Numbered from the stretch's first letter, positions 1-14,789 are shown. The stretch: DNA of 64,000 nt from Paraspadella gotoi (GCA_051294375.1 CM119269.1:4295401-4359400); one strand, 5' to 3'. Numbers and translations: made by a program. The notes: generated from the sequence alone by a model not told the origin.

Positions 1-36
<36 letters not shown>

Positions 37-2281
37 TCTTACACGAAACTCTTGTCCTCAACAGGATCTTTTGTTTTTTTTCTTTCTCTGCGGCAAAAAA
101 AAAATTACGCAATTTTCTCGATCGAACTTCGAATATTTAAAATTCTTTTTGGTTTTGCGTCTGCGGAATTACTCGCTTATTACATTGAGCGACTAACTTT
201 CGAAAACAATAATACAAACTTAAAAGAGTAAAACAAAAAGAGGAGCCTTCCCAGATTCCCGATAAGACCACCTCCGCAATTATTCGAAGAAAAAAAAATT
301 GTTTTAAGTTTGAAAACAGAAACATTTTTTTCGCTTCTTTTTTCAAAAAATACAAAAAANNNNNNNNNNNNNNNNNNNNNNNNNNNNNNNNNNNNNNNNN
401 NNNNNNNNNNNNNNNNNNNNNNNNNNNNNNNNNNNNNNNNNNNNNNNNNNNNNNNNNNNNNNNNNNNNNNNNNNNNNNNNNNNNNNNNNNNNNNNNNNNN
501 NNNNNNNNNNNNNNNNNNNNNNNNNNNNNNNNNNNNNNNNNNNNNNNNNNNNNNNNNNNNNNNNNNNNNNNNNNNNNNNNNNNNNNNNNNNNNNNNNNNN
601 NNNNNNNNNNNNNNNNNNNNNNNNNNNNNNNNNNNNNNNNNNNNNNNNNNNNNNNNNNNNNNNNNNNNNNNNNNNNNNNNNNNNNNNNNNNNNNNNNNNN
701 NNNNNNNNNNNNNNNNNNNNNNNNNNNNNNNNNNNNNNNNNNNNNNNNNNNNNNNNNNNNNNNNNNNNNNNNNNNNNNNNNNNNNNNNNNNNNNNNNNNN
801 NNNNNNNNNNNNNNNNNNNNNNNNNNNNNNNNNNNNNNNNNNNNNNNNNNNNNNNNNNNNNNNNNNNNNNNNNNNNNNNNNNNNNNNNNNNNNNNNNNNN
901 NNNNNNNNNNNNNNNNNNNNNNNNNNNNNNNNNNNNNNNNNNNNNNNNNNNNNNNNNNNNNNNNNNNNNNNNNNNNNNNNNNNNNNNNNNNNNNNNNNNN
1001 NNNNNNNNNNNNNNNNNNNNNNNNNNNNNNNNNNNNNNNNNNNNNNNNNNNNNNNNNNNNNNNNNNNNNNNNNNNNNNNNNNNNNNNNNNNNNNNNNNNN
1101 NNNNNNNNNNNNNNNNNNNNNNNNNNNNNNNNNNNNNNNNNNNNNNNNNNNNNNNNNNNNNNNNNNNNNNNNNNNNNNNNNNNNNNNNNNNNNNNNNNNN
1201 NNNNNNNNNNNNNNNNNNNNNNNNNNNNNNNNNNNNNNNNNNNNNNNNNNNNNNNNNNNNNNNNNNNNNNNNNNNNNNNNNNNNNNNNNNNNNNNNNNNN
1301 NNNNNNNNNNNNNNNNNNNNNNNNNNNGCCCCATTCCCTCAGCAGCACGGCTGTTTATCTTTTCCTCCTCTTCCTTCTCTCTAAGGATTCCAACGTCGTC
1401 TTCTTCCTCTTCCTCCTTCCATAAGATTTGCACCTTCTCTTCCTCTCATAGAGACTCCTTGTTTTTTTCTTTTTTTTTATATTAGTTTTTCCTTCATCGC
1501 CCAATTGTTTTTTCTTCTTTCTTTTTTTTTCCTAGTTTTATTTTTTCTCGGTCTAACATTTGGTGTTTTTTTCATTTTTTTTTTCAAAACGATTAATTCT
1601 ATTCTATAAACAGATTTATCTTTGGTTAGCTTCCCACTCCAACGGTATGTATAAAATTAATTCGATGAAAACTTGATCGTTTCAGATTGTCAAGTTTTTT
1701 TTTATTCTGGTTATTATATTTTGAAGCGACATGACGCGACGGAATAAAATTATATCATAATCTTTTTTTTTGAATGATGCAGGTATTTTTAAAAAGTATT
1801 ATTTTGAGTGTAAGAGATATATATTTTCTTTCAAATTTATTAACCACAGAAGATTGCAAAAAACAACATTAATGAAAACGTTTGTTGCGAACCAAAACAA
1901 ATAAAAAATAAAAAATTAGAAAAACCTTTGCTTTTTTAAGAACTAAAACCAACAAAATATACAAAGTAAGAAAAGTAGAAAAAAATAACTAACTCATTTA
2001 AACAAATGACAACGAAATTGAAATTGTCTTCTCACTATCAACGATTATGAACGCGAGATGAACAAACGAGAGAAACATCATCAACAACGACGACGACGAC
2101 GACGAAACACTTAGTGTCGTTTTCGCGACGGTCGGCTCGTTTCACCGACGTCAGCGTCGTCGTCATCGTCGTCATCGTCGTCATCGACCCCCTCATTCTC
2201 GTCGCGAAAATGAAGCTCGATCTTCCCTCGTCATTGTTTATTTTCGCCTTCGTTCGTCGCGGTCATCGTAATGGTCTTCCA

Positions 2282-2327
<46 letters not shown>

Positions 2328-4065
2328 TCCCTTCACAATACTCGTCATCCTTTCGTAGTCAATTAATCAGTCTCTCTTTTTCTGCTTCGAATCCGCGTTC
2401 GACTCGATCTATACATTGAGGGGAAGAAAAAAAAAAAAAAAAGAAAAGTGAAAAGAGAAAAAGAGAAAAAGAAAAGAATCAAAGAGAAAATGTTAAAAAT
2501 AAGGAGAAAATAAAAATGAAAAGAAAAAAAAATTGTGGAGAAAAATCAACTCGTAACGAAAAAAAGTATGAATTTAAAACAAANNNNNNNNNNNNNNNNN
2601 NNNNNNNNNNNNNNNNNNNNNNNNNNNNNNNNNNNNNNNNNNNNNNNNNNNNNNNNNNNNNNNNNNNNNNNNNNNNNNNNNNNNNNNNNNNNNNNNNNNN
2701 NNNNNNNNNNNNNNNNNNNNNNNNNNNNNNNNNTTTTTCTTTTCTCTTTTTATTCCTTTTTCCGTCATTTAAATCTCATTGTTTTTTCGTTCTTCCGACG
2801 GGGCACATTACGATTTGATAATCATTACGATTTGATAATCGAGCCAAGAAAGCTCAGGATCGTTTTATTTATTTTATTAAAATCCATTTTTCTCGACACC
2901 GACGAAGCTTCCGGCCTAATAAATAAAGTGAGATACTAATACTTTCTTTATTTATTATTCTACTTAACTATCTTTATTTGCTTGCTTGCGTATTCGTTCT
3001 TTACTTCAGTTATTTATTTTTGTCTTTTCGCATATGTTTTGTCGAAGAGATATAACTTTTCTTCATATGTTTCGCCTTCCTTTATTTTTCTCAAGTTCTT
3101 TTTTACTCTGGGTGCTTCTATCATTTCTTTTTTCCTTCCTTCCAAAGTTCCTTTTTCCTTTCCCTCCGGATTATATACGTCTGCACAATCCAAGCATCGA
3201 ATAATATTTCATACAAAAACAAACCCCCCCCCAAAAAAAAATTAACTCCAAATCGCCACAAACGTCCCGATATTTTGGTCCGCCAGGTTTCGAGTTCGAG
3301 ACCTGATCTTCGCCCTCCCAAAGAAAAACAGAAACCAGTTAGTGGAGAGGGGGGGGGGAAGAGCGTTTAGCTCAATGCCGTCACTTTGACGATTGTTTAT
3401 GCATCCGTAAAACGACCAGCGAACCGGATTTTTACCATTTACGTTTCGCAGGATTTCCTGGAAATTCGTTTGAAATTATTTTTTTTCTTCTTCTCGTTTT
3501 ATGAGTGAGAAAAACCTACGCTTATGATATCATTTTCATCACTGGGTCCCCTTAACCCAGTTTTCCAAAATCCTATCCTTTTCGCCAAAGCCAATCCCCG
3601 CTTTGTTTCCCCCCCATTTCCTATTTCCCGACCTTCCTCTCCGTTTGCTCTTTTTTTTTCTATCTCATTCTTAAAAACTCATTCAGATTTTTCAATTACT
3701 ACCTTTTTCTTTCTATCTTCAGGCTTCTCTTCTACTTTACTATTGCTCCCCTCCTTTCCCACCTCCCAGCNNNNNNNNNNNNNNNNNNNNNNNNNNNNNN
3801 NNNNNNNNNNNNNNNNNNNNNNNNNNNNNNNNNNNNNNNNNNNNNNNNNNNNNNNNNNNNNNNNNNNNNNNNNNNNNNNNNNNNNNNNNNNNNNNNNNNN
3901 NNNNNNNNNNNNNNNNNNNNNNNNNNNNNNNNNNNNNNNNNNNNNNNNNNNNNNNNNNNNNNNNNNNNNNNNNNNNNNNNNATACGATCAGAGGATTTTG
4001 TGTGTGTGTGTTTTTTTAAAAATTGGCCGCTAGAAATAAATGATCGTCTTTGCAAGATGAACTAC

Positions 4066-4171
<106 letters not shown>

Positions 4172-6454
4172 TACGTCAGTAGGAGGTGGAGGATTGATCG
4201 AAATGTCGGGTGCTGAGGGCCAGAAGAGAAGGAGCGAGACACAGATGAGGTTGTGAGGTATTCACTAAGAATAATCGTTCACGATTGAAGAAAAAATAAA
4301 AATGAAAATTAATTAACTCGGGGAGGAAGTTCCTGGTTTTGATTTTTATTTAAATCTAAAATGATAATAAATTAGAAAAATATGTAATTAACTAGGGGAT
4401 ACATTCGTTTGAGTTAGCGGCTTTGATTTTTTTTTAAATCTAAAATAAAAAAAAAAGATTATTAATTTTCCCTTTTCAAAGTCTTCCAACCAGAATTATA
4501 GCTGTTTAAAAGAACATATATAAATTAATATTTAAATAGAATGATTAAATTCTTCGACGAAGAAAAAAGTGACGGAAAAGACAGAAAAGTTTCTTCTGAT
4601 TTCGATAAAAAAAAAATCTTAATCTTTTCGTCCGATCGAAATCGAAGAGTCGACGTTTCAAAAAAATTATACAAAACGATAAAAACTAAAAACAAAACAT
4701 TATTTTTTTCTGGAGGTATTTTCATAAATAAAATAAAGTTAAAAACGTTCGTAACAAAATGAATAATGTTTTTCATAGTGAATAGTCGAAAGAAAACATA
4801 GATCGAATCCTACAAATATATATAATATATATAATATACCTTACAAATGTATATTAGGTTTTCTAATTTGATTTTTTGAAAACCGCTCATCAAATAATTA
4901 GGTTAAGTTAATCAGCGTCGATTTCTCCGCCCTCTTGTAAAAGATCTATTCTGCTTTAGCCTCTCTGCTCTTTATTTAAACAAAGAAAGAAAGTATAAAA
5001 TTGCCAAGCCTGAGTCAGTCAAGCGGCCTTTCTTTTTTTTCTCTCCTTTTCCTCCTTTCCTCTCTCTCTTCTTTCTTCTCCTTTTTTTTCCCGTCTTTTA
5101 TCCGTCTCTTCCCTTCCCTGCCCTACCCCGCTTTTTCCCTTTTCTCTCCCTCTCTCTCCCTTTCCCCCCTCTCTCACTCTCTCTCCCCTCTAATACCTAT
5201 CCTCCACCTTCCCCCTCTTGCCATCTCCTTCTCCTCCCTCTCGTCACTCACTCGGCTCCACTCCCCACTACTTCCTTCCTCCTCTCCCCTCTATCTCTCC
5301 CTCCCTCCCCTCCCTCCTCCTTCTCCCCTCATGCCTCTCTCGCTCCTTTCCCCTCCCTCCCTCTTCTCTCCCTCTCCCTCAACTCTTCCCTCCCTCCCTT
5401 TCCCTCCTCTCTCCCCTCTTCCCCTTCTCCCTCTCTCCCCGCCCCCCAACACTTTCCCCATAACTCCGCTACGACTTGAACAATTCCAATAAAAGGCCTT
5501 CAATATCGCGAGTCGCTGGAAAATCTCCTTGACTGATATGTCTAAGCAAATTCCGCGCCTTCGTCTTCCTCGGAAAGGAGCGGCTTACGGTGTCCCCTCC
5601 TCTCCTTAATTCCTTTTCTTTTTTTTTTAGGATAAGGAAGAATCTCCTCTGCTTTATTCTTAATTCCTTTTTAAAAAATAAAAAGACAAGGAGACTTTAA
5701 AATGCATGAATTTCACAGATTTGCCTGAGATTCGGTGAGAAATTGTGGTGAGAATTTTTTCGGATGATTTGTCGTGAATCGTTCGAAGAATTTCCGATTT
5801 GGAAAAAATATCAGACTTTTGAAAAACAAAAAATCTAAATCTTTTTTTTTTTTTTTTCTTCTTTTTTTTCTTGTGAGGTATTTTATGAGATTTTTGGATT
5901 TGTGAAGATAACAAGATCTGTTTAATTGCGCAATTTACTTTCTTCTTTCTTTCTCTCCGTCCTTCTCTTCTCCTCCTCTTTCTCTTCCTCTTTCCCCTCT
6001 CCCTCCCTCTCCTCTCTGTTCTCTCTCTACTCTCCATTCCCTCTCTCTCTCCACCTAGAGATTGCGATTAGAAATACAAATAGCGTTTTTCTCCCTAAAA
6101 AAAAAAAATTCTGTCGGGCGATACTTAAGTTTCTTCCGCTGAATAGAAAAGCGTTTTGAGGAAACGACTTTTATCGGTTTCTTGCCGCACGACATGTTCT
6201 GGTCTCTCGTCTCTTCCTCTTCTCTATCTCTATCTCTCTAGGCGCTCCCCCTTGTACAACGGTTATTCTTAGCAATTCGATGTTTTTGTTACAGGCATTT
6301 TATTTGCACTCAGTTTATATAGTAATAGAAATACTAAAAGTAAGTTTAAAGTATAATTTTACCATTCTTAAATCCCAACATGTGAAAAAAGCTTTCAGAA
6401 TAAAAATATTTGTTAACATATGTAAAAAGTTGATAGTTTAAATACTTTTAGGAC

Positions 6455-7190
6455 TTAGTTAGTTAATACGTTGTCGGACAATCATTTTTTCCCTCAGCGC
6501 GCTTCTATGCGAACGAGGGAGAGTCGTAGAGGCTGTGCAGATATGAGGGTTAAGCTCCGCCAATTCGTTTTATCATTTTTTATTTCATCGACTGTGGTTG
6601 GATTAAACTGCGATATGTCCCTTTTCATCTTGACCAGACATTTCGATGATGTTGCAGTCAGGCGAGTTTTCCTTGACCAACCTTGAGCACCTCCATCCTA
6701 TTTTCCCTCGTGCTATTTTTGGGTGGTTTTGGCTTTGTGTCCAGAAGCTCTATCCTCTATGAAAAACTGCCTATTCACTGTTGAATGACTGCGACATTTC
6801 TCTTTTTTTTTTCTCCATTTTTTCGGTTTGGCAGAAGTCTTAACGGTCTTAATTGTGAGAACTTTCCTAAGTTATTATCCTCAACTCCCCGTGGAATATA
6901 CAAGGCGCTCGCTTTTAACAGCTTTGTCCAGGTCTCCAGTTGCTTGAATTTGTTGAAACTTGAATGGCGGTAAGAGAGAAATCCACGTTTTGGGTCGTCC
7001 TAAATATGAACGACACTTCGAAAATCAACGATTGCAGCTTCTTTTTGGGGGGTTTAGCTGTTTTCAAGTTTCCAATGGTTTTCAGATAATGGTGTCTTAA
7101 AGTTTTTCTTTTCGTCCATCAACCGAAGACGATTACCACATTGGCATCCAGATGGGAAGCGTTGCATGCAACTGTCACCATTTGATGTCT
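6455..7190 (-). mobile_element. Degenerate 3' end of a non-LTR retrotransposon (RTE-like)
   Basis: Frameshifted minus-strand fragments YRHSSFNKFKQLETWTKLL, RASGHKA and GWSRK...KRDISQF...KNDKTNWRSL follow the order of RTE ORF C-terminal motifs (ETWT, GH, GW.R, DR..WR.L). They end in a short (TAAC)-like tail. Confidence 0.35.
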
Positions 7191-7275
7191 ACAAAATCCT
7201 TCTCATTTCTCTACAATTAATTTTACTTACTTGCTGAGGGGGAATTTCACGGTAACTCTCTCTTCTTCTCTCTCA

Positions 7276-7306
<31 letters not shown>

Positions 7307-8209
7307 CTCTCTCTCTCTCTCTCTCTTCTCTCTCCTCTCTCTCTCTTTCCAGTTCTATCCGAACAATAAAAAATCTTTTTATTTTTTTCCCCTCGACTTC
7401 CCTACTCAGCCTTTCCCAATTTTTTTTTTTCTTTTCCTTCTTTCTTTCATTTCTTTTTATTCTCCCTCTCCTTTTTTACTCGTCTCTTCCTCCTTCCCTC
7501 CCTTTCCTTTCCCCGCTACTCCACTCTTCCTCCTTCTTCCTTTTCCTTNNNNNNNNNNNNNNNNNNNNNNNNNCCACTTTATTTCACAGTGTGGGCTTAG
7601 GCGAATCCTTCCGACAGAAAACGCTCCGTTTCTCTTCCTCCGTTACAGAGATTGACTCTGTGGGCTGAACTTCCTCTCACATGACAATCAACCATTGCTG
7701 ATGAGGAGCGGAGTTTCTTGAGTGGAAAGAGATTCGCGGGCGGAAAAGAAAAAAAAAGAAGACAACAAGAAAATGCGAATTTAAATTAGAGAAAATTTGA
7801 GAAAAGTTAAAAATTTGGAGAGAAAGAAAAAGCGGTGAAGCGTCAAGGGTATTAACTGTTCACGACAGAATTGGGGGGGAGAAGAGAAAAGATGATAAGA
7901 GAAATGACGAAAGAAAGAAAAAGAGATAAAGAAAAAAAAAGAAAGAAAAAGAGAAAAAAGAAAAAGAAAGAAAAAAAAAGAGGTGTAGGAAAAAAAACTA
8001 AATTTTTTAAACAAAATGGTTAAAAAGTATTTATTTTTTCTCTGAATGAGAGATTACGTGCAAAAGAGACACAACTGGAGAACGAAGCAAATAGAGGTGT
8101 TAAGAAGAGGGTTAAAGTGAGAAGGNNNNNNNNNNNNNNNNNNNNNNNNNNNNNNNNNNNNNNNNNNNNNNNNNNNNNNNNNNNNNNNNNNNNNNNNNNN
8201 NNNNNNNNN

Positions 8210-8242
<33 letters not shown>

Positions 8243-8698
8243 AGGATAACTCTCTTTCTCTCCGCGAGACCTCAAAGGGGATTCGACCAAAAATAAACAG
8301 GTTTTTGCGAGGAGGTCACAGATTGTGTGAAGGGTCGGGGAGGGAGGGAGTGAGGGAGAGAGAGAGAGAGAGAGCNNNNNNNNNNNNNNNNNNNNNNNNN
8401 NNNNNNNNNNNNNNNNNNNNNNNNNNNNNNNNNNNNNNNNNNNNNNNNNNNNNNNNNNNNNNNNNNNNNNNNNNNNNNNNNNNNNNNNNNNNNNNNNNNN
8501 NNNNNNNNNNNNNNNNNNNNNNNNNNNNNNNNNNNNNNNNNNNNNNNNNNNNNNNNNNNNNAGAGAGAGAGAGAGAGACTTGGATCTTTTAATTCCCTTT
8601 GGGAAAAGATGGGCGAGTAAAAGTTTCCTCACTTGGGGGTCATAAATGTTTGCGCCGCTTAAAGGTTTATTGATTTTAAATATGACTTCACAAAGTCC

Positions 8699-8823
8699 TT
8701 TGTTTTGTGAACAGTTAAAGTTGAATCCTCGATTTGTTTTGTTTTGTTTTGTGAACAGTTAAAGTTGAATCCTCGATTTGTTTTGTTTTGTTTTGTGAAC
8801 AGTTAAAGTTGAATCCTCGATTT
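8699..8823. repeat. 44-bp tandem repeat, about 3 copies
   Basis: GTGAACAGTTAAAGTTGAATCCTCGATTT starts at 8707, 8751 and 8795. Confidence 0.95.
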
Positions 8824-8924
8824 ATTTTTTTCACAGATTTTAAATTTTTTCGAGATTAATTGAGTTTGCGTCATATTTAAAATAGATGATAAAGATTAAC
8901 GGATTTTTTTATTAATTTTTTTCT

Positions 8925-9008
<84 letters not shown>

Positions 9009-10284
9009 TCCTTCTTTCTTTCTTTCTTTCTTTCTTTCCTTCTCTCTTTCTTTCCTTCTTTCTTTCTTTTTTTGCTTAAATTCTCTCCATAAAAATCCTG
9101 TAAACAGCGGAATTAATTTGAATTTCCTTCTTGGTCCACGAAAGAAGAGAAATTGTGGAGAGAAGAAACACGCGAGGAATCGAGTTAAAAGAGAAAAGGA
9201 AAAAAAAATAAGGAAAAAAGGATATGAGTAAAAAAAAGAGAAGGTTTCACAAAGAAAAGATTTGGAATGAGGACCTAATCTGCTCTTTTCACCCTTCCTC
9301 CTCCTCCTCCTCCTCTTCCCCCTCCTCGATTTTTTTATTTTTCTCTGGTTTTTTTTTAAACAAAATTCGGATTCAAACGAGAATTTTAAAAAGATATGAA
9401 TGGATTTCATGCACGACATTTATATTTTAATTTTTAGTAATAATCTTACAAAAGTTCAACCGCCCTTCATTTTCAAACTTACTGGTTCGGCTGAGGATTG
9501 GATTTTCTTGCTGTTGTTGTTGTTTACCCACATCGATATCGATCATTGACCCTAACTACAACAACAACAACGAGGATTCCAAATCGCAACTTCTTAATCT
9601 AAAGTTTAAAACAACAAAAAACGGAAAAGAACAACAACGAAAGGAACAATAATAACAACGACAACAACGACCGACCAGCGACCACTGTGGGCGGCGGCCC
9701 NNNNNNNNNNNNNNNNNNNNNNNNNNNNNNNNNNNNNNNNNNNNNNNNNNNNNNNNNNNNNNNNNNNNNNNNNNNNNNNNNNNNNNNNNNNNNNNNNNNN
9801 NNNNNNNNNNNNNNNNNNNNNNNNNNNNNNNNNNNNNNNNNNNNNNNNNNNNNNNNNNNNNNNNNNNNNNNNNNNNNNNNNNNNNNNNNNNNNNNNNNNN
9901 NNNNNNNNNNNNNNNNNNNNNNNNNNNNNNNNNNTTTTTTCCCAACTTCTCATTCATTATTTCACAATTTTATTCTATTTATGAATCTTAATTCATCTCA
10001 ATTTAATCTCTATCATGTCTTATAATTATCCATAATTTTTTTGATATTATTTTTAAAAAACTATTTCTAAGTTTTCTCCTCTCGGTTTTTATTCAAATTG
10101 TCTTTTTTTGACTTATTTTCTCTTCGAAAACCATTATTTTTCTTTTTTCAACATTCGGACGAGAAGGAAGCAAATCTTCGCTCATAAAAAAAGCCAGGGA
10201 AAATAACGAACAACAACAACAACGACAACAAATTTTAAGCGAAGCCAAATTCCAGAATTTCTCGAAGGTTCGAAAAAAAGTCTG

Positions 10285-10367
10285 GAAGAAGAAGAAGAAG
10301 AAGAAGAAGAAGAAGAAGAAGAAGAAGAAGAAGAAGAAGAAGAAGAAGAAGAAGAAGAAGAAGAAGA
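10285..10367. repeat. (GAA)n microsatellite
   Basis: Perfect GAA run. Confidence 0.95.
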
Positions 10368-10714
10368 ATAAGAACCTGTAGAAAAAATAGAAAAAATCCT
10401 CTGTTTGGAAAAACAAGGAAAAGGGAAAACTGAAAAAATAGTAAGAAGGAAAAGAAAAAAAGAGAGAGAAAGAGAGAGAAACGAAGAGAGACAGAGAGAG
10501 AGAACGAGAGGAGAAAAAAAAGTGTGAGCAAATTTCTGCTTCGGGCAATTTTCTGACTGGGAGAGAGTTACTCCTGTTTTATTCTACCATTGGTCGAAAT
10601 CGGCGAGGCCGAGCTTCTGATTGGCTCAAACGGGAAACGCGACGATGGAGAGTATAATCTAAATCACCGACGTCAACGCACGTGATTCTCCTTTTTAGGT
10701 CTGTATGAGAGACT

Positions 10715-10832
<118 letters not shown>

Positions 10833-12945
10833 CGATGAAGATTACACTTTATGACGAACTGAATGATGGATTATGATTGGACCTCAATAGTCATGGTTGG
10901 ACGGCGGAACTAGAACGGGGTTAAAGAGATAAGGAGAAGCTGTGGAGTCAGTGGGAGGTGGGGGAGACGACGCGAGGTGAAGATTAAGAGAGAGCGAGAG
11001 CGAGACGCCGGCGAGTGGGAGTGGCGGTCTCCTGATTTTGCGGACGACGTCGTAAATCCGAGTCTTAAACGCGTTTAATCCGCTTATAATGAAAGCGAAC
11101 ATGTTCATTCTCTCTCCTTCTCCTCTCTCCCGCCACAGTCAGCTCTCTCGCTGCCGTCTCTGCGCTCTCTCCTCTGTCTCTCTGCTCTTCTCTCTCTCTC
11201 TTCTCTTTCACGCATGCAGTTTTTCCGCTCCTAACTAATTGATTTCGGTCCGGAGAAATGGCGTGTGATTTTCCCGTCTCTGTTGGCCGGATGTCAGGTT
11301 ACGACTTGACGGCAGGATTCCCCGTTTGCCTGGAGCGGTTACGGCGGCGGCAGTGTGCTTTCCTGCGAGCAAGGTAGTGGCGAATTTACGCCTTCCGCTG
11401 CGTTTCTTATTTTGTGTTCAGTCTCTAACAGAGCCTTAAGAATCCCTCCTGCCTCCTCCTGCCGTCCGTCCGTGAGGTATGTCCCGCTGTGAATGCTTCG
11501 CCTCACCAACTTTCATCAATCCCTTCATTTATTCAAATTTTCCTTTTTTTTTACCTTATTAAAAAAAAGCCGAAGCTTCGTTCGCCTTTTATTCAAATTT
11601 GAGGTTTAATCGGCGGAATTCATTCTTTCTTTCTATCATTCAAATCCCTTTTTTTTTATCTTTTTCTTCTTTTTTCTCTCTTCAAATTACCTTTCTTTCC
11701 CTCAGATTGAATTCTGTCAAAAAATTCTTAAAAAAGAAGGGAAAGAAGAAAAAAGAGAGAAATCTGTGGAAAGGATTTATTTTCTATTTTATTTTCTAAT
11801 GTTTTTGATCTTTAAAATCGGTGTTTTTTTTCGAGCTCCTCTCTTCGGCAGGCAGCGGAGAACCGCAGCTGCGGAGACAGCAGCTGCAATTTCTTTTTTT
11901 CGGATCCACCTCGACCACTTTTCGTTCCTTTTCTCTCTTTAATGTTTTCTTTTCTTATTGTCACTTTTAAATATTTTGAAAAGAAAAAAAACAAAGAGTC
12001 AGAATAAAAAGGCGACTTTAAATTTAAGGTACGACAAAAACATTTTTCAAATTTTAGGTCAGTATTAGTCGAGGATAAAAATAAAAAAGTGCATACTACG
12101 CAATAACCTTTGTAAATCAACCGACTTCAAATGAAATATTCAAGGGCAGTTTTCAATTCAATTCAATTCAATTCAATTCAATTCAATTCAAGGGCCGTTT
12201 TCAATTCGTTTACAAACCGCGATAAAAAAAAATAAAGAAAAAAAAAATCAAATAAAAATATTCGTGAAATAGCAGACGAAATGCGGAGCTCGCAATTATG
12301 CGGACACTTTTGTGATTTATGATTTGTTTCGTAGTCTCATAATTTCAGATAAAAGTACGAGCATTGTCAGAGGTTTTTTTTTCGCGATGGAGAGAAGAAG
12401 AGAGAGAGAGAAGGGAGAGAAGAGGAGAGAGAGAGGGAGAAGAGAGAGGAGATGAGAGAGGAGAGAGAGAGAGAAGAGAGAGAGAAAGAGAGCTGAGGAG
12501 AGTGAGAGGCGAGAGCGGAGAGAGAGAAGCGAGTCTTGCGTGAAAGGGGAAAACATTACAAAAGAGATAGTTGTAAAAGGGGAGGGGAGAGAGTGCAAGT
12601 CGGCTGAGAGAGAGAGAGAGAAAGAGAGAGAGAGAAGAGAGAGGAGAGAGACGAAGAGAGGAGAGAGGAGATAGAGAGAGAGATGAGTGATGAATGTTGA
12701 GTCGAACTCCTCGTTTCCGAGAAAATACATTTGATACGATAAATAAAGAGGGCGAAAAGGAAGACAGTGGTGAAGTTGGATTTTAGCAAAAGATTTTTTT
12801 TCTTTTCGTCGATAAAAAAAAAAGGGTAAAATATTTAAAGCGGAATGTTGTGTCACAGTTTATTTATGAATTTTTTTTTTTTTAATAATTTGGCTAATAA
12901 AAAAAAACAGGGAAATTAATATTTTTTTTATTTCTTTTTAATACG

Positions 12946-13244
12946 AAAAAAAAAGCCTTAATTCCGCAAGGCGGCCCTTTAGAAATTAAGAAAGGGTATA
13001 GAGAAGATTATGGGGTTAAGGTTAGTGATTTATATTAGTGATTATGTGTTAGGAATTAGGTTATTGATTTAAAAATTAGTTTTTTAGGCTTGATGGGTTA
13101 GAGTTCATGATTATATTCGAGTAAAGGATTAGGATTGAAGTTAATTTGATAACATATTAAGTTTTAATATTAAAAGTTACAATGTAAACCTTTTGAATAA
13201 AGGAACAGAAATTTGGGCGCTTTGGGCCAAAGTTGAGCCTAAAA
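12946..13244 (-). mobile_element. Noisy inverted copy of the HINE-like element at 24128-24419
   Basis: Lies within the duplicated arm and has the same termini and degenerate TTAGGG-like core. Confidence 0.4.
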
Positions 13245-14149
13245 TCGTTTGCTTTGGTTTTTGTTTTAAAAAAGGATGAAGATCATCATTTTCAAGCTTC
13301 GGAGGAATCCATTCGGCGTCAAACTCTCTCTCTGCTCTCTCTCTCTCTCTCTATCTCTCTCACACTCACACATCATCTTTTGAATTGATTTTCGATCTTC
13401 ACTTTGTTTCCAAGAGGAAAGATTTAATAAAGAAACTTATTTTATTTTCACTTGAAGAAAAGATTCTGTGAAAAGAAAAAGGAAAAGAAAATCGGGAGAA
13501 ACAGAAATAAAATAGAAGAAGAAAAAATGTAGATGAGGAAAAGAAAGAAAAAAGACTCGTTAGATGGAGAATTTGACAAACGAGGTGCTGAATTAATTAT
13601 TCAGGAATTGATGTCGATATTGATGATCCTCGCGTACAGGGAAAGATGAGCAACGACGGATTGACGACGACGTGACGACGGGTTCTGGAACGACCACATA
13701 AGGCGACAACAAACCCGCATTCCGCCTTTCGACTGATGAGACCAGTTTGAAACACGTTTCGAAACCGGACGCACGTTCAAAATTCGCGAAATTGGACTCA
13801 TTTTACTCTGAAGACACATAAATGACTTTAAATATGTTCTCCTCAACTTAATTTATTAAAATCAATGAAATAACCACTGGTTTGCAAATGACAGGCGTAT
13901 TTTCTACCGGCCTTGTTTAAAATTGTCACCATGTAATCTTCTAAGTTAAGAAAGATAAAAATATTTATGACGCGATTAAAAGTTAATCGAGAAGAAGTTA
14001 CTCTCAAATTTAATTAAAAAAAAGAAGAAAAATAGGAGATTGTAACCGTTGGGTAATACACATAGATGTAACAGATTGAGTGTGTGCGTCTCTCCGTGTA
14101 GTTTTTTTTACAGAGAGCACTCGGACCGGACTCCATGTGCGAACGAGCC

Positions 14150-14224
14150 GGGTCCATGTTGTAAAACGGTTAGCACCCAGGACTCGTAATCCTGTAATCC
14201 GGAGTTCGAATCTCGGTGGAACCT
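14150..14224 (+). pseudogene. tRNA-Gln-like copy with indels (duplicate of 23241-23310)
   Basis: GGTCCATGTTGTAAAACGGTTAGCACCCAGGACTCGTAATCCTGTAATCCGGAGTTCGAATCTCGGTGGAACCT followed by a T-run. Confidence 0.75.
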
Positions 14225-14674
14225 CTTTTATTAAGCCGACGTTTAGAATTGTAAGTTAAGATCTTAATCTTGCCTAAACCCTTTTAAGTATTTAATAATT
14301 CTTTCAATATGTTTACCTTGTTGTTTTATATTGTTTGAAGGGAAAAAAATATTAGTATTTACAGACATTTTTAAATTTGTTAAGAATTATAAATTATTTA
14401 AATTAAAAGTTTAAAAAAATAAAAATATTATGAAAAACTAAATTAAAAAATTTTCCAGCTTCAAAACAATTTTCATTGTGCAATGAACGAAAGAAATTAC
14501 AAAATGGTCTTGTTTATAATGATCGCAAGATTTTACATACATAGCGGAATTATTAGTATAAACATACTGGTCTGAATGATTAAAACGTTTAATCTGCAAT
14601 ATGGAGTTGCAAAAAGCCGTACAAAGAAAAAAAATATTTTAACATTAAGTTTCGAATGAGTGTAAAAAAATGAC

Positions 14675-14758
14675 CGACCTTGTCAAGTTGGTATTCGAAC
14701 CTTGTAATCTTCTCTGATTCGTAGTCATGACGTGTCGTATCCATTTGTCTCCACAAGT
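14675..14758 (-). pseudogene. Heavily corrupted tRNA-Arg(ACG) copy (duplicate of 22733-22804)
   Basis: The reverse complement retains GACTACGAATCAGAGAAGATTACAAGGTTCGAATACC...AAGGTCG. Confidence 0.65.
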
Positions 14759-14789
14759 GCCCTGTTTGAATACGATAACATATGTTGTC

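Noticed and set aside
137-1485. Long ORFs spanning N-gaps (also 2516-2939, 3524-4055, 8054-8632, 9556-10025)
   Set aside because: They are open only because Ns contain no stop codons.
2110-2410. Possible acidic terminal exon on the minus strand
   Set aside because: It has stops in all frames and is dominated by (ACG)n.
5001-6159. Leu/Ser/Pro- and Arg/Glu-rich ORFs here and throughout the window
   Set aside because: They are translations of polypyrimidine and (GA)n/(GAAA)n tracts.
8699-8823. CRISPR-like appearance of this repeat, and of 21250-21692
   Set aside because: There are no unique spacers and no cas genes, and the context is eukaryotic.
13730-13772. CTGATGA...GAAAC possible hammerhead
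   Set aside because: The cleaner duplicate at 23620-23665 lacks GAAA and a proper stem II and cleavage triplet. CTGATGA at about 7698 and 59076 also lacks the rest of the core.
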